DNA from: an uncultured Methanomicrobiaceae archaeon | GTDB taxonomy: Archaea > Halobacteriota > Methanomicrobia > Methanomicrobiales > Methanoculleaceae | Assembly: GCA_963826525.1 (NCBI GenBank) | Contig: CAWGXH010000005.1 | Location: 192,001 to 256,000, forward strand | Direction of reading: 5' to 3' | Length of the DNA: 64,000 nt | Shown here: positions 10,645-23,287 of the stretch, in pieces | Numbering within the stretch: position 1 is the stretch's first letter | Layout of the letters: the number at the start of each line of letters is the position of its first letter | The notes under the pieces: generated by a model | Told to the model about the DNA's origin: nothing | Seen by the model: only the letters and a program-made list of their open reading frames with translations | Database searches by the model: none | Translations under genes and position numbers: made by a program

Positions 10645-11904
10645 CCGTCTCCCGGAGTCCCGCGGTGGACCTGACGTTCGCTGCTCCTCCCTCGAAGAGC
10701 TATACGCACCGGGCGCTGATCGCCGCCTCGCTCGCCTCGGGCCGGAGCCGGATTTGCCGCCCGCTCGATGCCGACGATACCCGGCTGACCGCCCGGGCGC
10801 TCCGGAATCTCGGCGTTCCGGTCGACTGGCAGGGCAGCGAGATCATCGTCGACGGAACCGGCGGGGAGCTCCCGACCGGAGATCCGGTCACGCTCGATTC
10901 CTCGGCAACTCCGGGACGAGCCTCCGGCTTCTCTCCTCGATAGCCCTCGTATCGCCGCGTCCGGTGGTGCTCACCGGGAACCGGCGGATGCTGGAGCGGC
11001 CGCTCGGGCCGCTCGTAGAGGCGCTCCGTGCCCTCGGCGGTGAGGCCGTCTACCTCGGGAAACCCGGCTTTCCCCCGATCCGGGTCGAGGGGAGGCTTGC
11101 CGGCGGGACGGCCGTCGTCGATGCAAGTATGAGCAGCCAGTTCATCTCGTCGATCCTGATGGCCGCTCCCTGTGCCGACGAGGACGTCGAACTCGAAATC
11201 CCGGAGATGCCCGCATCCCGGTCGTACCTCGACGTGACGGTCGACGTCATGGAGGCGTTCGGCGCACGGGTCGAACGGGACGGGTATACCCGCTTCCGGG
11301 TGCGGCGCGGCACCCGCTATACCGGCAGGGAGTACACCGTCGAGGGCGACTACTCGTCGGCCTCCTACTTCTTTGCCGCGGCGGCTATCTGCGGCGGCAC
11401 CGTCCGTGTGAACCACTTAAGCCCCGCATCGGTGCAGGGCGACCGGCGGTTCCTCGACGCGCTCGAAGCGATGGGGTGTCTCGTCGCGTCATCGGTCGAT
11501 ACGGTGACCGTCACGCGGAAGGGCGAGCTCTCCGGCATCACCATCGATATGTCATCCGCCCCCGATACGGTGCAGACGCTCGCGGTCGTTGCGGCCACGG
11601 CAGCGACGCCGACGACGATCACCGGGTCGGGCACCTGCAGTACAAGGAGAGCGACCGGATTGGGATCACGGCGGAGATCCTGCAGAGGATGGGAGCCAGT
11701 GTCTCGGTCGGCACCGACCGGATCACCATCACCCCGGCCCCGCTCCACGGCGTGGTCGTCGACCCGGTCGACGATCACCGGACCGCCATGAGTTTCGCCG
11801 TCCTCGGCCTCGGGGTCGGCGGAATGACGATCCGGGATGCGGAGTGCGTCGGCAAGTCGTTCCCCGGGTTCTGGGATGCCCTCACAGAGGCGGGACTGCT
11901 ATGA
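10635..11904 (+). CDS. aroA: EPSP synthase (frameshifted)
   Basis: APPSKSYTHRA, GNSGTSLR, SSQFISS, EGDYSSA, KESDRI and DDHRTAM spread over three frames. Confidence 0.92.
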
Positions 11905-13226
11905 AGATCGTCCTCGTCGGTTTTCGGGGCACCGGAAAGACGGCCGTCGGACGACGGCTTGCCGGCCGCTTCGGTCTTCCGTTTGTCGATACCGACGCTG
12001 TAATCGAGGAGAAGGCGGGCATCGCCATCCCGGCGATCTTGAGCGGTGGGGCGAAGCGGCGTTCCGGCGTCTCGAGCGGGAGGTTATCGCGTCGCTCCGG
12101 GACTGTGACGGTGTCGTCAGCACCGGCGGCGGGGCGGTCATCGACCCGGCAAACGTGGAGAGCCTTCGCCGGAACGGGACGGTCATTCTGCTAACGGCAG
12201 ACCCCGCGGTCATCGAGGAGCGTATCCGGGGCAGCGACCGGCCGGGGCTCACGTCCCTCCCGCTTCGGGACGAGATACGGGAGATGCTCGGGCAGAGACG
12301 GGTTGCCTACATGAGTAGTGCCGACGTCTGCATCGATACCGGCTCGCGCAGCGTGGAGGAGACCGTCGAACAGATTGCAGCCCTGCTCACGGCGCTGCCC
12401 GACGACCTCCTTGTTCCCGATGATCTTGCGGCGGTGCGAAAGCGCGACCCGAAGATCCGGATTTGCGGCATCGCCGGCAACCCCTGCTCGCACAGCAGGA
12501 GCCCCGCTCTCTACAACAGGCTCTTTGAGCACTACGGTTTACACTACTATTACACGAGGTTCGAGTGGCCCGCAATAGAACCCATCGTCAGGCTCGCACG
12601 CGCCCTCGACGTTCGGGGACTCTCCGTCACCATTCCGTTCAAGCAGGATATCATCCCGTTCCTGGACGAGGTCGACGCGGACGCGGCCGCCATCGGCGCG
12701 GTAAATACGGTCGTGCAGTGCGGCGGAAGGCTGCATGGGTTCAATACCGACTGGCTCGGGGTGAAGATTCCGCTCGAGCACCGGCGGGGAGCACGGGCGG
12801 TCGTGCTCGGTGCGGGAGGTGCGGCGGCGGCGACGGTCTATGCACTCCGCGACCTCGATATGGCGGTGACCGTGCTGAACCGGACTCCCTCGAGAGCCCG
12901 CCTCCTTGCGGAGCGGTTCGGGTGCGCGTGGGGAGGGCTCGACGACTTCCGGGGAGGAGACACCGATGTCGTCGTCAATACGACCTCGGTCGGGATGGAA
13001 GATGCGGGGCGGAGCCCTCTTCCGGCGGACCGGCTCGAACGGGGGATGACCGTCTTCGACCTCGTCTACACGCCCCCCGAGACGAAACTCATCCGGGAAG
13101 CGCGGCTTGCCGGCTGCGAGGCAATCCCCGGCACCGAGATGTTCGTCCACCAGGCCGCCTCCGCAGTTCCGCCTGATCACCGGCATCGCCGTGGAGGCAG
13201 AAAGCGTGCGGGAGATGATGCAATGA
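11901..13226 (+). CDS. Bifunctional P-loop shikimate kinase / shikimate dehydrogenase (frameshifted)
   Basis: GFRGTGKT..DTD..GEAAFRRLE..STGGG (AroK), followed in one frame by HSRSP..SVTIPFKQ..GAVNT..NTDWLG..GAGGAA..DLVYTP (AroE). Confidence 0.88.
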
Positions 13227-14225
13227 ATACGTTTGGGAGAAACTTTCGGGTCACGACATTCGGAGAGAGCCATGGAAAGGCGCTCGGAGCCGTCATCGAG
13301 GCTGCCCTCCCGGTATCGCGCTGACCGAGGCGGATATCCAGCCCTACCTCGACAGGAGGAGGCCGGGCACGAGCAGCCTCGTCTCTCCCCGCAGAGAGGC
13401 GGACAGGATCGAGATCCTCTCCGGCACCTTCGAGGGCGTCACGACCGGGACGCCGATCGCTCTTGTCGTCTATAACCGGAATCAGGAGTCCGGCGACTAC
13501 GATGCACTCCGCGACATTTCCGTCCCGGTCACGCCGACTACTCGTATGCCGCGAAGTCCGGTATCCGCGACCACCGTGGAGGCGGGCGGAGTCCGCCGGG
13601 AGACGCTCTCCCGCGTCGCGGCAGGCGCGGTTGCGGCGAAGTGCCTCGAGCGCTACGGCATCGGTGTTGCCGGGCGGATCTGTGAGATCGGCGGAGAGAC
13701 CACCCTCGAGGGAATGGAAGAGGCGATCCGCACCGCACGGCAGGAGGGCGACTCCGTCGGCGGGATCGTGGAGGTCGTCGTCTCCGGGTGTCCGTCGGGG
13801 CTCGGCGACCCGGTCTTCGGGAAACTCGACGCAATGATCGCCGCCGCCCTGATGGGTATCGGTGCGGTGAAGGGCGTCGAAATCGGAGCCGGTTTCGCCG
13901 TAGCACGGATGCGCGGGAGCGAGAATAACGACCCGATCACCCCGAAGGATTCGCTGGCAATAACGCCGGCGGCATCCTCGGCGGGATCAGCACCGGTCAG
14001 CCGATCGTGGCCAGGATCGCCGTCAAGCCCACGCCCTCGATCGAAAAAGAGCAGACGACGATCGATACGGCTGGAAATGAGCGGCGGATACGGATACATG
14101 GCCGCCACGACCCCTGCATCGCGGTGCGGGTCGTGCCGGTCGCGGAGTGCATGCTGGCGCTCGTGATCCTCGACGCTCTCCTCGAGCAGGAGAAGTACCG
14201 CGGTTTCGCCGTGAGAAAAGAGTGA
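13223..14225 (+). CDS. aroC: Chorismate synthase (frameshifted)
   Basis: [53 protein letters not shown]. Confidence 0.93.
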
Positions 14226-14227
14226 GT

Positions 14228-14857
14228 TTACTGGAGCATCTCGAGGAGTTGCTTGAGTTCCTCGACGTGGTACTGCCCCTTCGCCGTCGGGGTTCCGGCG
14301 TGGCAGTAGGCTAACTCCGAACCGAAGAGCGGGAGGAGGGCACGGGTATAGCGGTACTCGTCCCCCACGATGCTGACGCAGATCGGTTTTTGCGCTTCAG
14401 CAGTGAATGCAAGGAGCGCGAGCACGTCGGCTTGCGATTTTGGGCTGACGGCGATCTTCGGGATATCGCCGAACGACCGCAGGTCGCTCACGAGTGCGTC
14501 GAGATCGGATCTCCCCGGCATCTCCGGGCGGTGATGCGAAGCGATGATCTGCACGCCGTGTGTTTTTATGTCAGGCGCATGCTCCCGGTATCTCATCTCC
14601 ACGTCGACGATATCGACATGCCTGATGAGCGGCCCCACAATCTCGAACCACGCATCCGCGTTCCCGGTGAACCGCCCCCCTTCCTCTCTGCTTCGAAGCG
14701 TCGCGATTATTGGAATGATGGTTCGCGCCCGTATCAGTTCGACGGTATCCGCAAGGTCGCCTTCAATCAGGTCCAGGCGGAGCTCGATGAAGTTCACACC
14801 TGCTGAAACGGCCAGGTCAAGCGTATCGGGATCGTGAATGGAGGCGACGAGCTTCAT
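14228..14857 (-). CDS. aroD: Type I 3-dehydroquinate dehydratase
   Basis: IELRLD, TLRSREEGG, IASHH, DIPKIAV, TAKGQ. Confidence 0.88.
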   Translation of the reverse strand: MKLVASIHDPDTLDLAVSAGVNFIELRLDLIEGDLADTVELIRARTIIPIIATLRSREEGGRFTGNADAWFEIVGPLIRHVDIVDVEMRYREHAPDIKTHGVQIIASHHRPEMPGRSDLDALVSDLRSFGDIPKIAVSPKSQADVLALLAFTAEAQKPICVSIVGDEYRYTRALLPLFGSELAYCHAGTPTAKGQYHVEELKQLLEMLQ

Positions 14858-14900
14858 ATCTCTCGGGTGGTATTCAGTCGGTATTCGGTATTAAGTCTGT

Positions 14901-15736
14901 TCATTCTCCGGGAGCGCTCTTTCGATCGGCCGCAAGGGCGTCGTTTCGTGCACGTGCCCGCTCGAACATGCGGTCGAAGGCTGCCGGGAGGTCTTCCCGT
15001 AGCGACGATACCCCCACCTCGGTGATGCCGCCCGGCGTCGCCACCCGTTCTATCAGGCAGGCGGCGCTCATATCCGTCTTCTGCAGGAGCGCGGCAGTTC
15101 CGATGAATGTCTCCCGGGCGAGGCTTGCGGCCTCCTCGGCAGAGAGGCTGCTCTGCCGACGGGCTGCAGCGGCGAGTTCCTCCAGGATCGCTGCGATCAG
15201 CGCAGGTCCGCAGCCGGAGACGACGGTGGCGGCGGGGAGATCCTCCTCGCTGACCTCGATCGCCCTGCCGAGCGCGGAGAGGAGGTGTTCCACCCGGTGT
15301 GCCGCATCTCCGGATACCTTCCGCCCGTGACAGACGAGCGTGATCCCGCGGCCGGCCTCGGAGGTTATGCTCGGCATAGCACGCGAAAGCGGGCCGGCAT
15401 CCGCCTCTCCAGGCGCTCAAGAGGTATTCCCGCCGCGATCGAGACGATATGTTCGTTCCCGGAGAGCGCCGGGAGGATCTCGCCGAGCACCCCGTCGATA
15501 TCCGGCGGCCTGACGCAGAGGAAGATAAGGCTGCAGAGGCGTGCGAGGCCTGGATTGTCGGGGGGAACCGTGATATCCGGCCAGCGTTCCCGGAGCGGGT
15601 CGGTTCCTCTCCGCGACCGGGAGGCGATGGCGAGTTCGCCGGGCAGAAGCGCGCCTGAGGAGAGGAAGCCTTCCGCCAGCATGCTCCCCATATGCCCTGC
15701 GCCGATGATACCGACCTGCGGCCGCCTGTTAAGCAT
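14901..15736 (-). CDS. proC: Pyrroline-5-carboxylate reductase (frameshifted)
   Basis: GIIGAGHMG, VSIAAGIP, MPSITS, VSGCGPA, VATPGGIT. Confidence 0.88.
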
Positions 15737-15844
15737 ACGTAAAAGGTGGAGTCTCTCTCCTCATAAGCCCTGCTCTCCTCTCCGGTCGGGCATACGCATA
15801 TAGTGCCGCCCCTCACACGTACCTGCATACTTTCCGGAGAAACT

Positions 15845-18404
15845 ATGAGCACGGAAATCTCGCAAAGACAGTCACGACGGATCGGATCGCTGCCGGACCT
15901 CCTCGCCCCCGCAGGCTCTTTCGACGCGCTCGTCGCGGCGGTAGCGGCCGGAGCGGATGCCGTCTACCTGAGCGGAACCCGGTTCGGTGCCAGACGGTAC
16001 GCGGCGAACTTCACCGACGAGGATCTGGTCCGCGCGATCGAGTACGCCCACCTCCGGGGCGTTTCTGTCTACGTCACGGTCAACATACTGATACGGGATG
16101 CCGAACTCGCCGATCTGGCCACTTACCTCGTCCGGCTCTATGAGATGGGTGCCGATGCCGTGCTGGTGCAGGATGCCGGCGTGGCGGGGCTTGCCCGGGA
16201 GCTCGTCCCGACCTCCCACTCCACGCATCTACCCAGATGACGATCCATAACCGGGAAGGGGTGGCGTTTGCCGCCGGAGAGGGTTTTTCCCGCGTGGTGC
16301 TCGCACGCGAGATGCCCCTCGCCGAGATCGAGGGGACCGGCAAGGAGGCGGAGAGATACGGGATCGGGCTTGAGGTCTTCATCCACGGTGCTCTCTGCTA
16401 CTGCTACTCCGGCCAGTGCCTCCTCTCGTCGGTCATCGGAGGACGGAGCGGAAACCGGGGGATGTGCGCCCAGCCGTGCCGAAGGCAGTATGACCTCCTC
16501 GTCGGCCGAAAGGACGAGTACGGGAGACCGGTAGATCTCCGTCCGGTTCCTCTCGATGAATCGTACCTCCTCTCGACCCGGGACCTTGCGGTCTACCCGC
16601 ACCTCGACAGGATCGTGGCCTCTCGCGTCGCATCCCTCAAGATAGAGGGGCGTATGCGGTCGCCGGAGTACGTCGCGACGGTGGTGAACATCTACCGTCG
16701 CGCGCTCGACGCCATCAGCGCCGGGACCTGGTCGCCTTCTCCGGAGGATATGCAGGATCTGGCGCTCGCCTTCTCCCGGGGTTTTACCGCAGGATACATC
16801 CTCGGCGACGAGTCGATCATGGGCCGGGACCTTCCCGGAAACCGGGGTCTTCTCATCGGCACGGTGACCGGGTACGACCCCGGGAGACGGGAGGCGACGG
16901 TGCTCCGTGCCGGAGACCTCATCCTGGCGCCGGGCGACGGGCTCGTCTTCTGCCGGGACCGGCCCGGCGGCGAGGAGGGACTGGTGCTCCGGTCACCTCC
17001 GGTCGTTCGGGGTGACCGGATACTCCTTCCGGCCTCCGGTGCCGGTCGGCCGGGGAACCCGGGTCTTCCTGACGAAGCGGGCGGCACTCGAAGAGCGTGC
17101 CCGGAGCATCATCGCCCGCGAACTCCCGGCGCTTCCGCTCGATATGCGGGTATCCTGGGAGGAGCGCGTCCCCGTCTTCGAGGGGGCGGTCGTTGCCCCG
17201 GACGGGCGGGAGATCCGGTTCTGCATGCGCTCCGACGCTCCGATGGAGCCGGCACGGAGCCGCCCGCTCACCGAGGATCAGATAGCGACCCAGCTGACGA
17301 AGACAGGTGGAACGGTGTTCACGGTCCGGAACCTTCAGCTTGACTACCCGGGTGGGCTCTTCGCACCCATCGGTGAGCTGAATAGAATGCGAAGGTCGTT
17401 TCTCGACCGCGCCGCTTCGGCGCTCGCCGCCGCGTACAGGCCTGACGATGCAGCGGTCGGAGCGGCCGAGGAGCGGCTCGAATCGCTCCTCCCCGCACTG
17501 ACCGCAGATCCTGCGCCGCCGGGAGAGCCGCGGCACCCCGCCGTCGCCGTCTATGCCGCGACGCTCGACGAAGTGCGGGGCGGGGCGGCAGGCGGTGCCG
17601 CTACCGTCTTCTTCGAGCCACAGGTCAGGATAGATGCCGGGGATCTCCTCGCCCTTCTCTCCGAAGCAGCGGCAGTCTGCCGAAGCGAAGGGGCGGAACT
17701 TGTCTGGAAGTGGCCGCCGATCACCCCCCGCGGATTTCTCGATTCGGCCGTCCCCCTCCTCCCCTCGCTTGCCGGGGCAGGAGTCGGCGGGGTTATGGTG
17801 AGTGGCACCGGGGCAGCGGCAGCAGTAGTAATGGCCGCGCCCGAGCTCCCTCTTTACGGTGCGGCGGGCATCAACATCTGGAACCACCGCGCGGTCGCCG
17901 GGATGAGCCCGCTCTTTCGGTATCTCACGCTCTCCCCGGAGCTCCCCGCCTCCGATCTTGCAGGCCTCGTCGCACGGTCGCGGCAGAACAACTCCGGCAC
18001 ACTCTTCGGGTTCATCGTTCAGGGCACCCTCGAGGCGATGGTCACCGAAGATCGCCTTCTCCTGCTTGCGGGGACAGGGACGGGGGATACCTTCTACGGC
18101 CTCCGGGATACGACCCGTCATATCTTTCCGATCAGAACCGACGGTGAAGGGAGGAGCGTACCTTTCGAACGCGGTCGAGACATCCCTGATCGATCACCTT
18201 CCCGCCCTTATCGGAGCCGGTCTTGATTCGCTCGCGATCGATGGCCGCGGCAGGGGCGAGCGGTATGCCCGTGAGATGGCTGGATTTTACCGCACGGCGA
18301 TCGAGTCGGGCGCCGTCACGCCTCGCCTGAAAGATGCGGTGAAGCAGCGTTCGTGCGGGGGGATCACCGCCGGCCACTTCCTCCGGGGCACCCCCGATGA
18401 GTGA
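15845..18404 (+). CDS. U32 family peptidase-like Fe-S protein (RlhA-like, DUF3656), frameshifted
   Basis: LLAPAG, GADAVY, EVFIHGALCYCYSGQCLLSS..GRSGNRGMCAQPCR, LKIEGRMR, C-terminal TAGHFLRG. Confidence 0.88.
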
Positions 18405-18440
18405 CACCCTTCTCCCGAGGGCTATCGTTTATTAAAATGA

Positions 18441-19136
<696 letters not shown>

Positions 19137-19691
19137 TCAGACGATCAGCGAGATCAGGTCGTGCTTGGTGATCACACCCTGCACCTTTCCTTTATCGGCC
19201 ACGATCACCGCATGGTTCTGCTGCAGGATATGGACGACCGTCTCTATCGGCATGGATGGCGGGACGGTCGGAAAACCGGGTTCCATGAAGTCCCTGACGC
19301 TGTGGATCTGCGTCTTCTGGAGGCCGCCTTCTTCCATCGCGTTGATGATGGCCGACTCCGAGATGCACCCCACCGGCACGCCGTCCTCGATCACCGGGAG
19401 CTGGGAGATCCCGTTCTTCCCCATGATCTCTACGGCCCGGCTGATCGGTTCGGACGGAGAGACGCTATGAACCGGGGTGTGCATGAGATCCGCGGCCGTG
19501 ATGGCGGAGTTCTCTGCGGCCTTGAGGACGTTGACGATCTTGGTGAGCGTGCTGGCCCTCGGATCGACGCTGCCTGCCTCGATGCGGGCGACCATCGACT
19601 GGCTGATTCCCGCCATACGGGCTACGTCAGCCTGTTTCAGTCCAAGATGCGTCCGTTTTTCCCGAAGTTCCGCTGGCGTCGGTATGTCCAT
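19137..19691 (-). CDS. XRE-HTH + tandem CBS-domain transcriptional regulator
   Basis: LKQADVARMAGISQSMVARIEAGSVDPR followed by two CBS repeats. Confidence 0.9.
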   Translation of the reverse strand: MDIPTPAELREKRTHLGLKQADVARMAGISQSMVARIEAGSVDPRASTLTKIVNVLKAAENSAITAADLMHTPVHSVSPSEPISRAVEIMGKNGISQLPVIEDGVPVGCISESAIINAMEEGGLQKTQIHSVRDFMEPGFPTVPPSMPIETVVHILQQNHAVIVADKGKVQGVITKHDLISLIV

Positions 19692-19845
19692 GATATTAGC
19701 AATGGTAATTTGAATATCTAAAGGTTATGCATCATTATGCATGCGATGCGAGAATATGCTCTTTTCGATCGCCCCGGTCTACGGCTCGATGCAGGTAGAT
19801 TTTCAGCCTCGGAAGATTTATACGAGCATGGGCATAGGAGAAGGT

Positions 19846-20109
19846 ATGGCCGTCGATAAAGAAGACCAGCAGCGGACCCTCCAGAAAGTGCACGATATCT
19901 TCTCTGCCTACGGAACGGTCGATGCCGTCAGGAACGAGCTCAAGTCCGAAGGATTCGTCGTCAAGGCCGAGCACGGCGAAGTCGTCTCGATGGAGAATGC
20001 AGACGCGGAGATATTCGTGCTGATCCGGATGGGCGAGGACGGTCAGGTCGTCGGCGATCACGTGACGACCTTCGACGAGATCGAGCTCAAGCCGGCGAGG
20101 AAGGCGTGA
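19846..20109 (+). CDS. Hypothetical protein
   Basis: SD-like AGGAG/AAGGT before the ATG and host-like codon usage. No motif recognised. Confidence 0.6.
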   Translation: MAVDKEDQQRTLQKVHDIFSAYGTVDAVRNELKSEGFVVKAEHGEVVSMENADAEIFVLIRMGEDGQVVGDHVTTFDEIELKPARKA

Positions 20110-20222
20110 CGAAGACCGGATAGCACTTCACCTGCAGATACCGTGAGCGGTGATATCGCACAAGCCGAAAGACCGATATTCACGGTTGGAAGTCGAAACT
20201 ACGAGAATAGACGTTCGATAAT

Positions 20223-20552
20223 AGGAGTGGGAGGAGTAAGCCTCCTTCTGTTCGTGGCGGCATTCGAGCTAAGCGCCATACCCGGGCGGATACCAGGCGA
20301 TCCATATGCCCTGTTTTGGCTTGCACCCGCAGGGATTCACCGTTTCATCGTATCCCATCGCTACGTTCAACGAGTTAGGTATCGCCCCGAAGGGCTCGAT
20401 CGTTTCATTACTGACGATGGGCCGTGTCGTTTCTGTGCCATTGCCGTGACTCTCGCCACCCGCACTTGCATGCGGCTGCGTTCCCGGTCGGTGGGAGGAC
20501 TTTCCTCAGCAGCACATTCGTGCCACCGTCGGCCGCCCTCTCCCTCTCCCCC
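20223..20552 (-). ncRNA. rnpB: RNase P RNA
   Basis: The minus strand carries the universal GAGGAAAGUCC (plus strand GGACTTTCCTC ~20497-20507), GCAAGCCAAA, and 3' AACAGAAGGAGGCUUA. The termini pair as P1 (GGAGAGGGAG / CUCCCACUCC). Length ~330 nt. Confidence 0.92.
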
Positions 20553-20659
20553 ATTCTATTGGTGCGCCAGCTACATATTGGTGACGGTACCGGGAGAGTT
20601 ACTTTTGGGTAACACAATCATTAAATATCAGTATTAAAATCTTACGTTTTGATTCTACC

Positions 20660-21194
20660 ATGGCTCTCCGAGGCACATCCGACGCCAGCACCCAGCTGGA
20701 ACTTGCCCTGGTCTTCGGGGCGTTCATCGCCGTGACCTCCCTCTTTTCGTGTCTTGCCCTCAGTGCAAGCACGGCCCCGATTGCAGGCGGCAGCGATGCA
20801 TCTTATCCGTCATCTCCGGTCGGCGATCCGTGCCTCACAGTCGTCGGAGACGTCGCCGGTATCAGGGTATGCCCGGATACCCCGTCTCCCCTGTTCGACA
20901 CCCTCAGACTGACGGTCGCCCCGGTAGAGGCCAGGGCGGTCTCTCGATCTCGAGCAGATGACCGTGACCGTCATGGCAGCGGATCGGATTGCCATCCTCT
21001 CCTACGCCGATACGGAGATCCCCGGGCGAGGTGAGTGGACGAGTGACAGCACCCGCGCCGCCGGCGAGGCGTTCGATATGCTGATCGGCCTGCCGGAACC
21101 CCTGGCACGGGATGGGGATGTCAGCATCGTCCTTCGCCCGGAGGGTGCCGGCCCGACGATCATCCGGCACGCCACCCCCATCTCCCCGGTCTAG
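20660..21194 (+). CDS. Divergent archaellin-like protein (frameshifted ~20940)
   Basis: N-terminus DASTQLELALVFGAFIAVTSLFS resembles the archaellin AFTGLEAAIVLIAF motif. C-terminus GEAFDM..IVLRPEGAGPTIIRHATP resembles the archaellin C-terminal strands. Confidence 0.55.
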
Positions 21195-21261
21195 ATCTCC
21201 GGCACTCTTCCGCTACCGCCCGCAAAAGACTAAAATATTCAACGGTATACGACCCACTCTG

Positions 21262-21828
21262 ATGAATATGCTGACCCCGGAAGAAGGAACACTCGCACTG
21301 CAGGTTGCCCGGAAGGCCATCGAGCACGCGGTCAACAAAGAGCGGTATACGGCCCCGGCGCTCCCTCCGATCTTTGGTGAGAAACGGGGCGTATTTGTGA
21401 CCCTTAAACGGCAGGGCTCGCTACGCGGCTGTATAGGGTTGCCCTACCCGGTTCGCCCGCTCGGAGAGGCCCTGGTCGAGGCCGCGGTCTCCGCAGCGCT
21501 TCAGGACCCGCGCTTCCCGCCGATATCAGGGCGGGAACTCCCCGATCTCGACCTCGAAGTGACCGTGCTCACGCTGCCCGAACCGCTCACCTGCCCGCCG
21601 GCGGATCGGCCGGAGAAAGTCGTCATCGGGAAGCATGGCCTGATCGTCAGCGGCATGGGCACGAGCGGCCTTCTGCTCCCCCAGGTGCCGGTCGAATACA
21701 ACTGGGAGAGCAGAGAGTTCCTCGATCACACCTGCCAGAAAGCGGGGCTGAGCCCCGGCTGCTGGAAGCGGGGTGATGTCAACGTACTTACCTTCGAGGG
21801 GCAGATATTTGAGGAGCAGGCGGTTTAA
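21262..21828 (+). CDS. AMMECR1-domain protein (TIGR00296)
   Basis: GVFVTL..LRGCIG, AALQDPRFPP, GKHGL, GLLLPQV, CQKAG. Confidence 0.93.
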   Translation: MNMLTPEEGTLALQVARKAIEHAVNKERYTAPALPPIFGEKRGVFVTLKRQGSLRGCIGLPYPVRPLGEALVEAAVSAALQDPRFPPISGRELPDLDLEVTVLTLPEPLTCPPADRPEKVVIGKHGLIVSGMGTSGLLLPQVPVEYNWESREFLDHTCQKAGLSPGCWKRGDVNVLTFEGQIFEEQAV

Positions 21829-21833
21829 CTCGA

Positions 21834-23287
21834 ATGGCAATCAGACTTTGAAATCATCCATAAAGATATTGCAGGACGCATCGGCAAGCTCAAAGTCGGG
21901 GAAAAGACGATCCGGACGCCGGCGCTCCTGCCCGTCGTCAACCCCCACCTCCCGCTCGTGACGCCCCGCGAGATGCAGGAGATGGGCGTCGAGGCGCTGA
22001 TCACGAACGCCTACATCTTCAACCGGAGCACCCAGTTCCGGGAACGGGCGCTCGCCGAAGGCCTCCACGCCGTGCTCGACTTCGACGGCGTGATCATGAC
22101 CGACTCAGGCTCGTTCCAGCTCTCGGTCTACGGCGAGGTCGAGGTCACGAACCGGGATACCCTTGAGTTCCAGCAGGCGATCGGCAGCGATATCATCGTC
22201 CCCCTCGATATACCGACGCCGCCCGGCACCGACCGCGAGACCGCACAGGCGGAACTTGCGATCACGATGGAGCGGATCCGCGAAGGGCAGGCGCTCTTCC
22301 CGGAGGCGCACCTCGCAGGGCCCGTGCAGGGCGGCATCTACACCGACCTTCGCGAGGAGGCGGGAGCGGCGGTGCAGGAGCTCGGGTTCACCTTCTGCCC
22401 GATAGGCGCGGTCGTCCCGCTGATGGAGAGCTACCGCTACAAGGAACTCGTGCAGGTCGTCCTCGCCGCAAAACGCGGCCTCTCCCCGGCGACCTGTATC
22501 CACCTCTTCGGTGCCGGCCATCCCTCGATGTTCGCACTCGCCGTCGCGATGGGATGCGATCTCTTCGACTCGGCCGCATACGCACTCTTCGCCCGTGAAG
22601 GCCGGTATATCACGACGCACGGGAGCCTGAAGATAGACGAACTCGCGGAACTCCCCTGTGCATGCCGGGTCTGCCGGACGCACACCGCCGAGGAGCTCAA
22701 GAAGTCCCCCGACCGCGAACGGCTGCTCGCCCTCCACAACCTCTACGTCACGCTCGCGGAGATCGCCCGGATACGGCAGGCAATCCAGGACGGCACGCTC
22801 TGGGAACTCGTCGACGAGCGGTGCAGGAATCACCCGCGGCTCCTCTCCGGCTACCGCGAGTTGCTCCGGCATGCCCCGGAGCTCGAAGTCCAGGACAGAG
22901 CCTCAAAGCGCCGGTTCTTCTACCGGGGCGACGGAGAGCTGCCTCCGCACGGAGGTGCTCCGCTACCACCGGATGATCCCCCGTATCACGCTCGGCGAGC
23001 GGGTGCTCATCTCCTTTGACGGCAGGGATCTGCCCGGGTTCGATACGGTGCTCGGGTTCAAGCCACCCTTCGGCCCGTACCCGCCGGAGCTCGGCGAGAC
23101 CTTCCCGGTCGGCCAGAGCGAGATACCGGAGTACGACGACGCGATGGTGCGGAGCGGGTGCGCCGGAATTCGGAGCCTGATGGCTGCCCACCCGGAGAGC
23201 CGGTTCACCGTCCGGTGCGGTGCAGCCTGGGCGGCGATGGTCCGCGAGGAAGTGCCCGGTGCGGAGGTGTACGATGAGCAGGTATGA
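21834..23287 (+). CDS. tgtA: Archaeal tRNA-guanine(15) transglycosylase (frameshifted)
   Basis: [44 protein letters not shown], and Zn site CACRVC..HNL. Confidence 0.93.

Noticed and set aside
20143-20637. ORFs 20143-20637(+), 20408-20617(-) and 20424-20612(+)
   Set aside because: They overlap the RNase P RNA gene and have no protein-like features.
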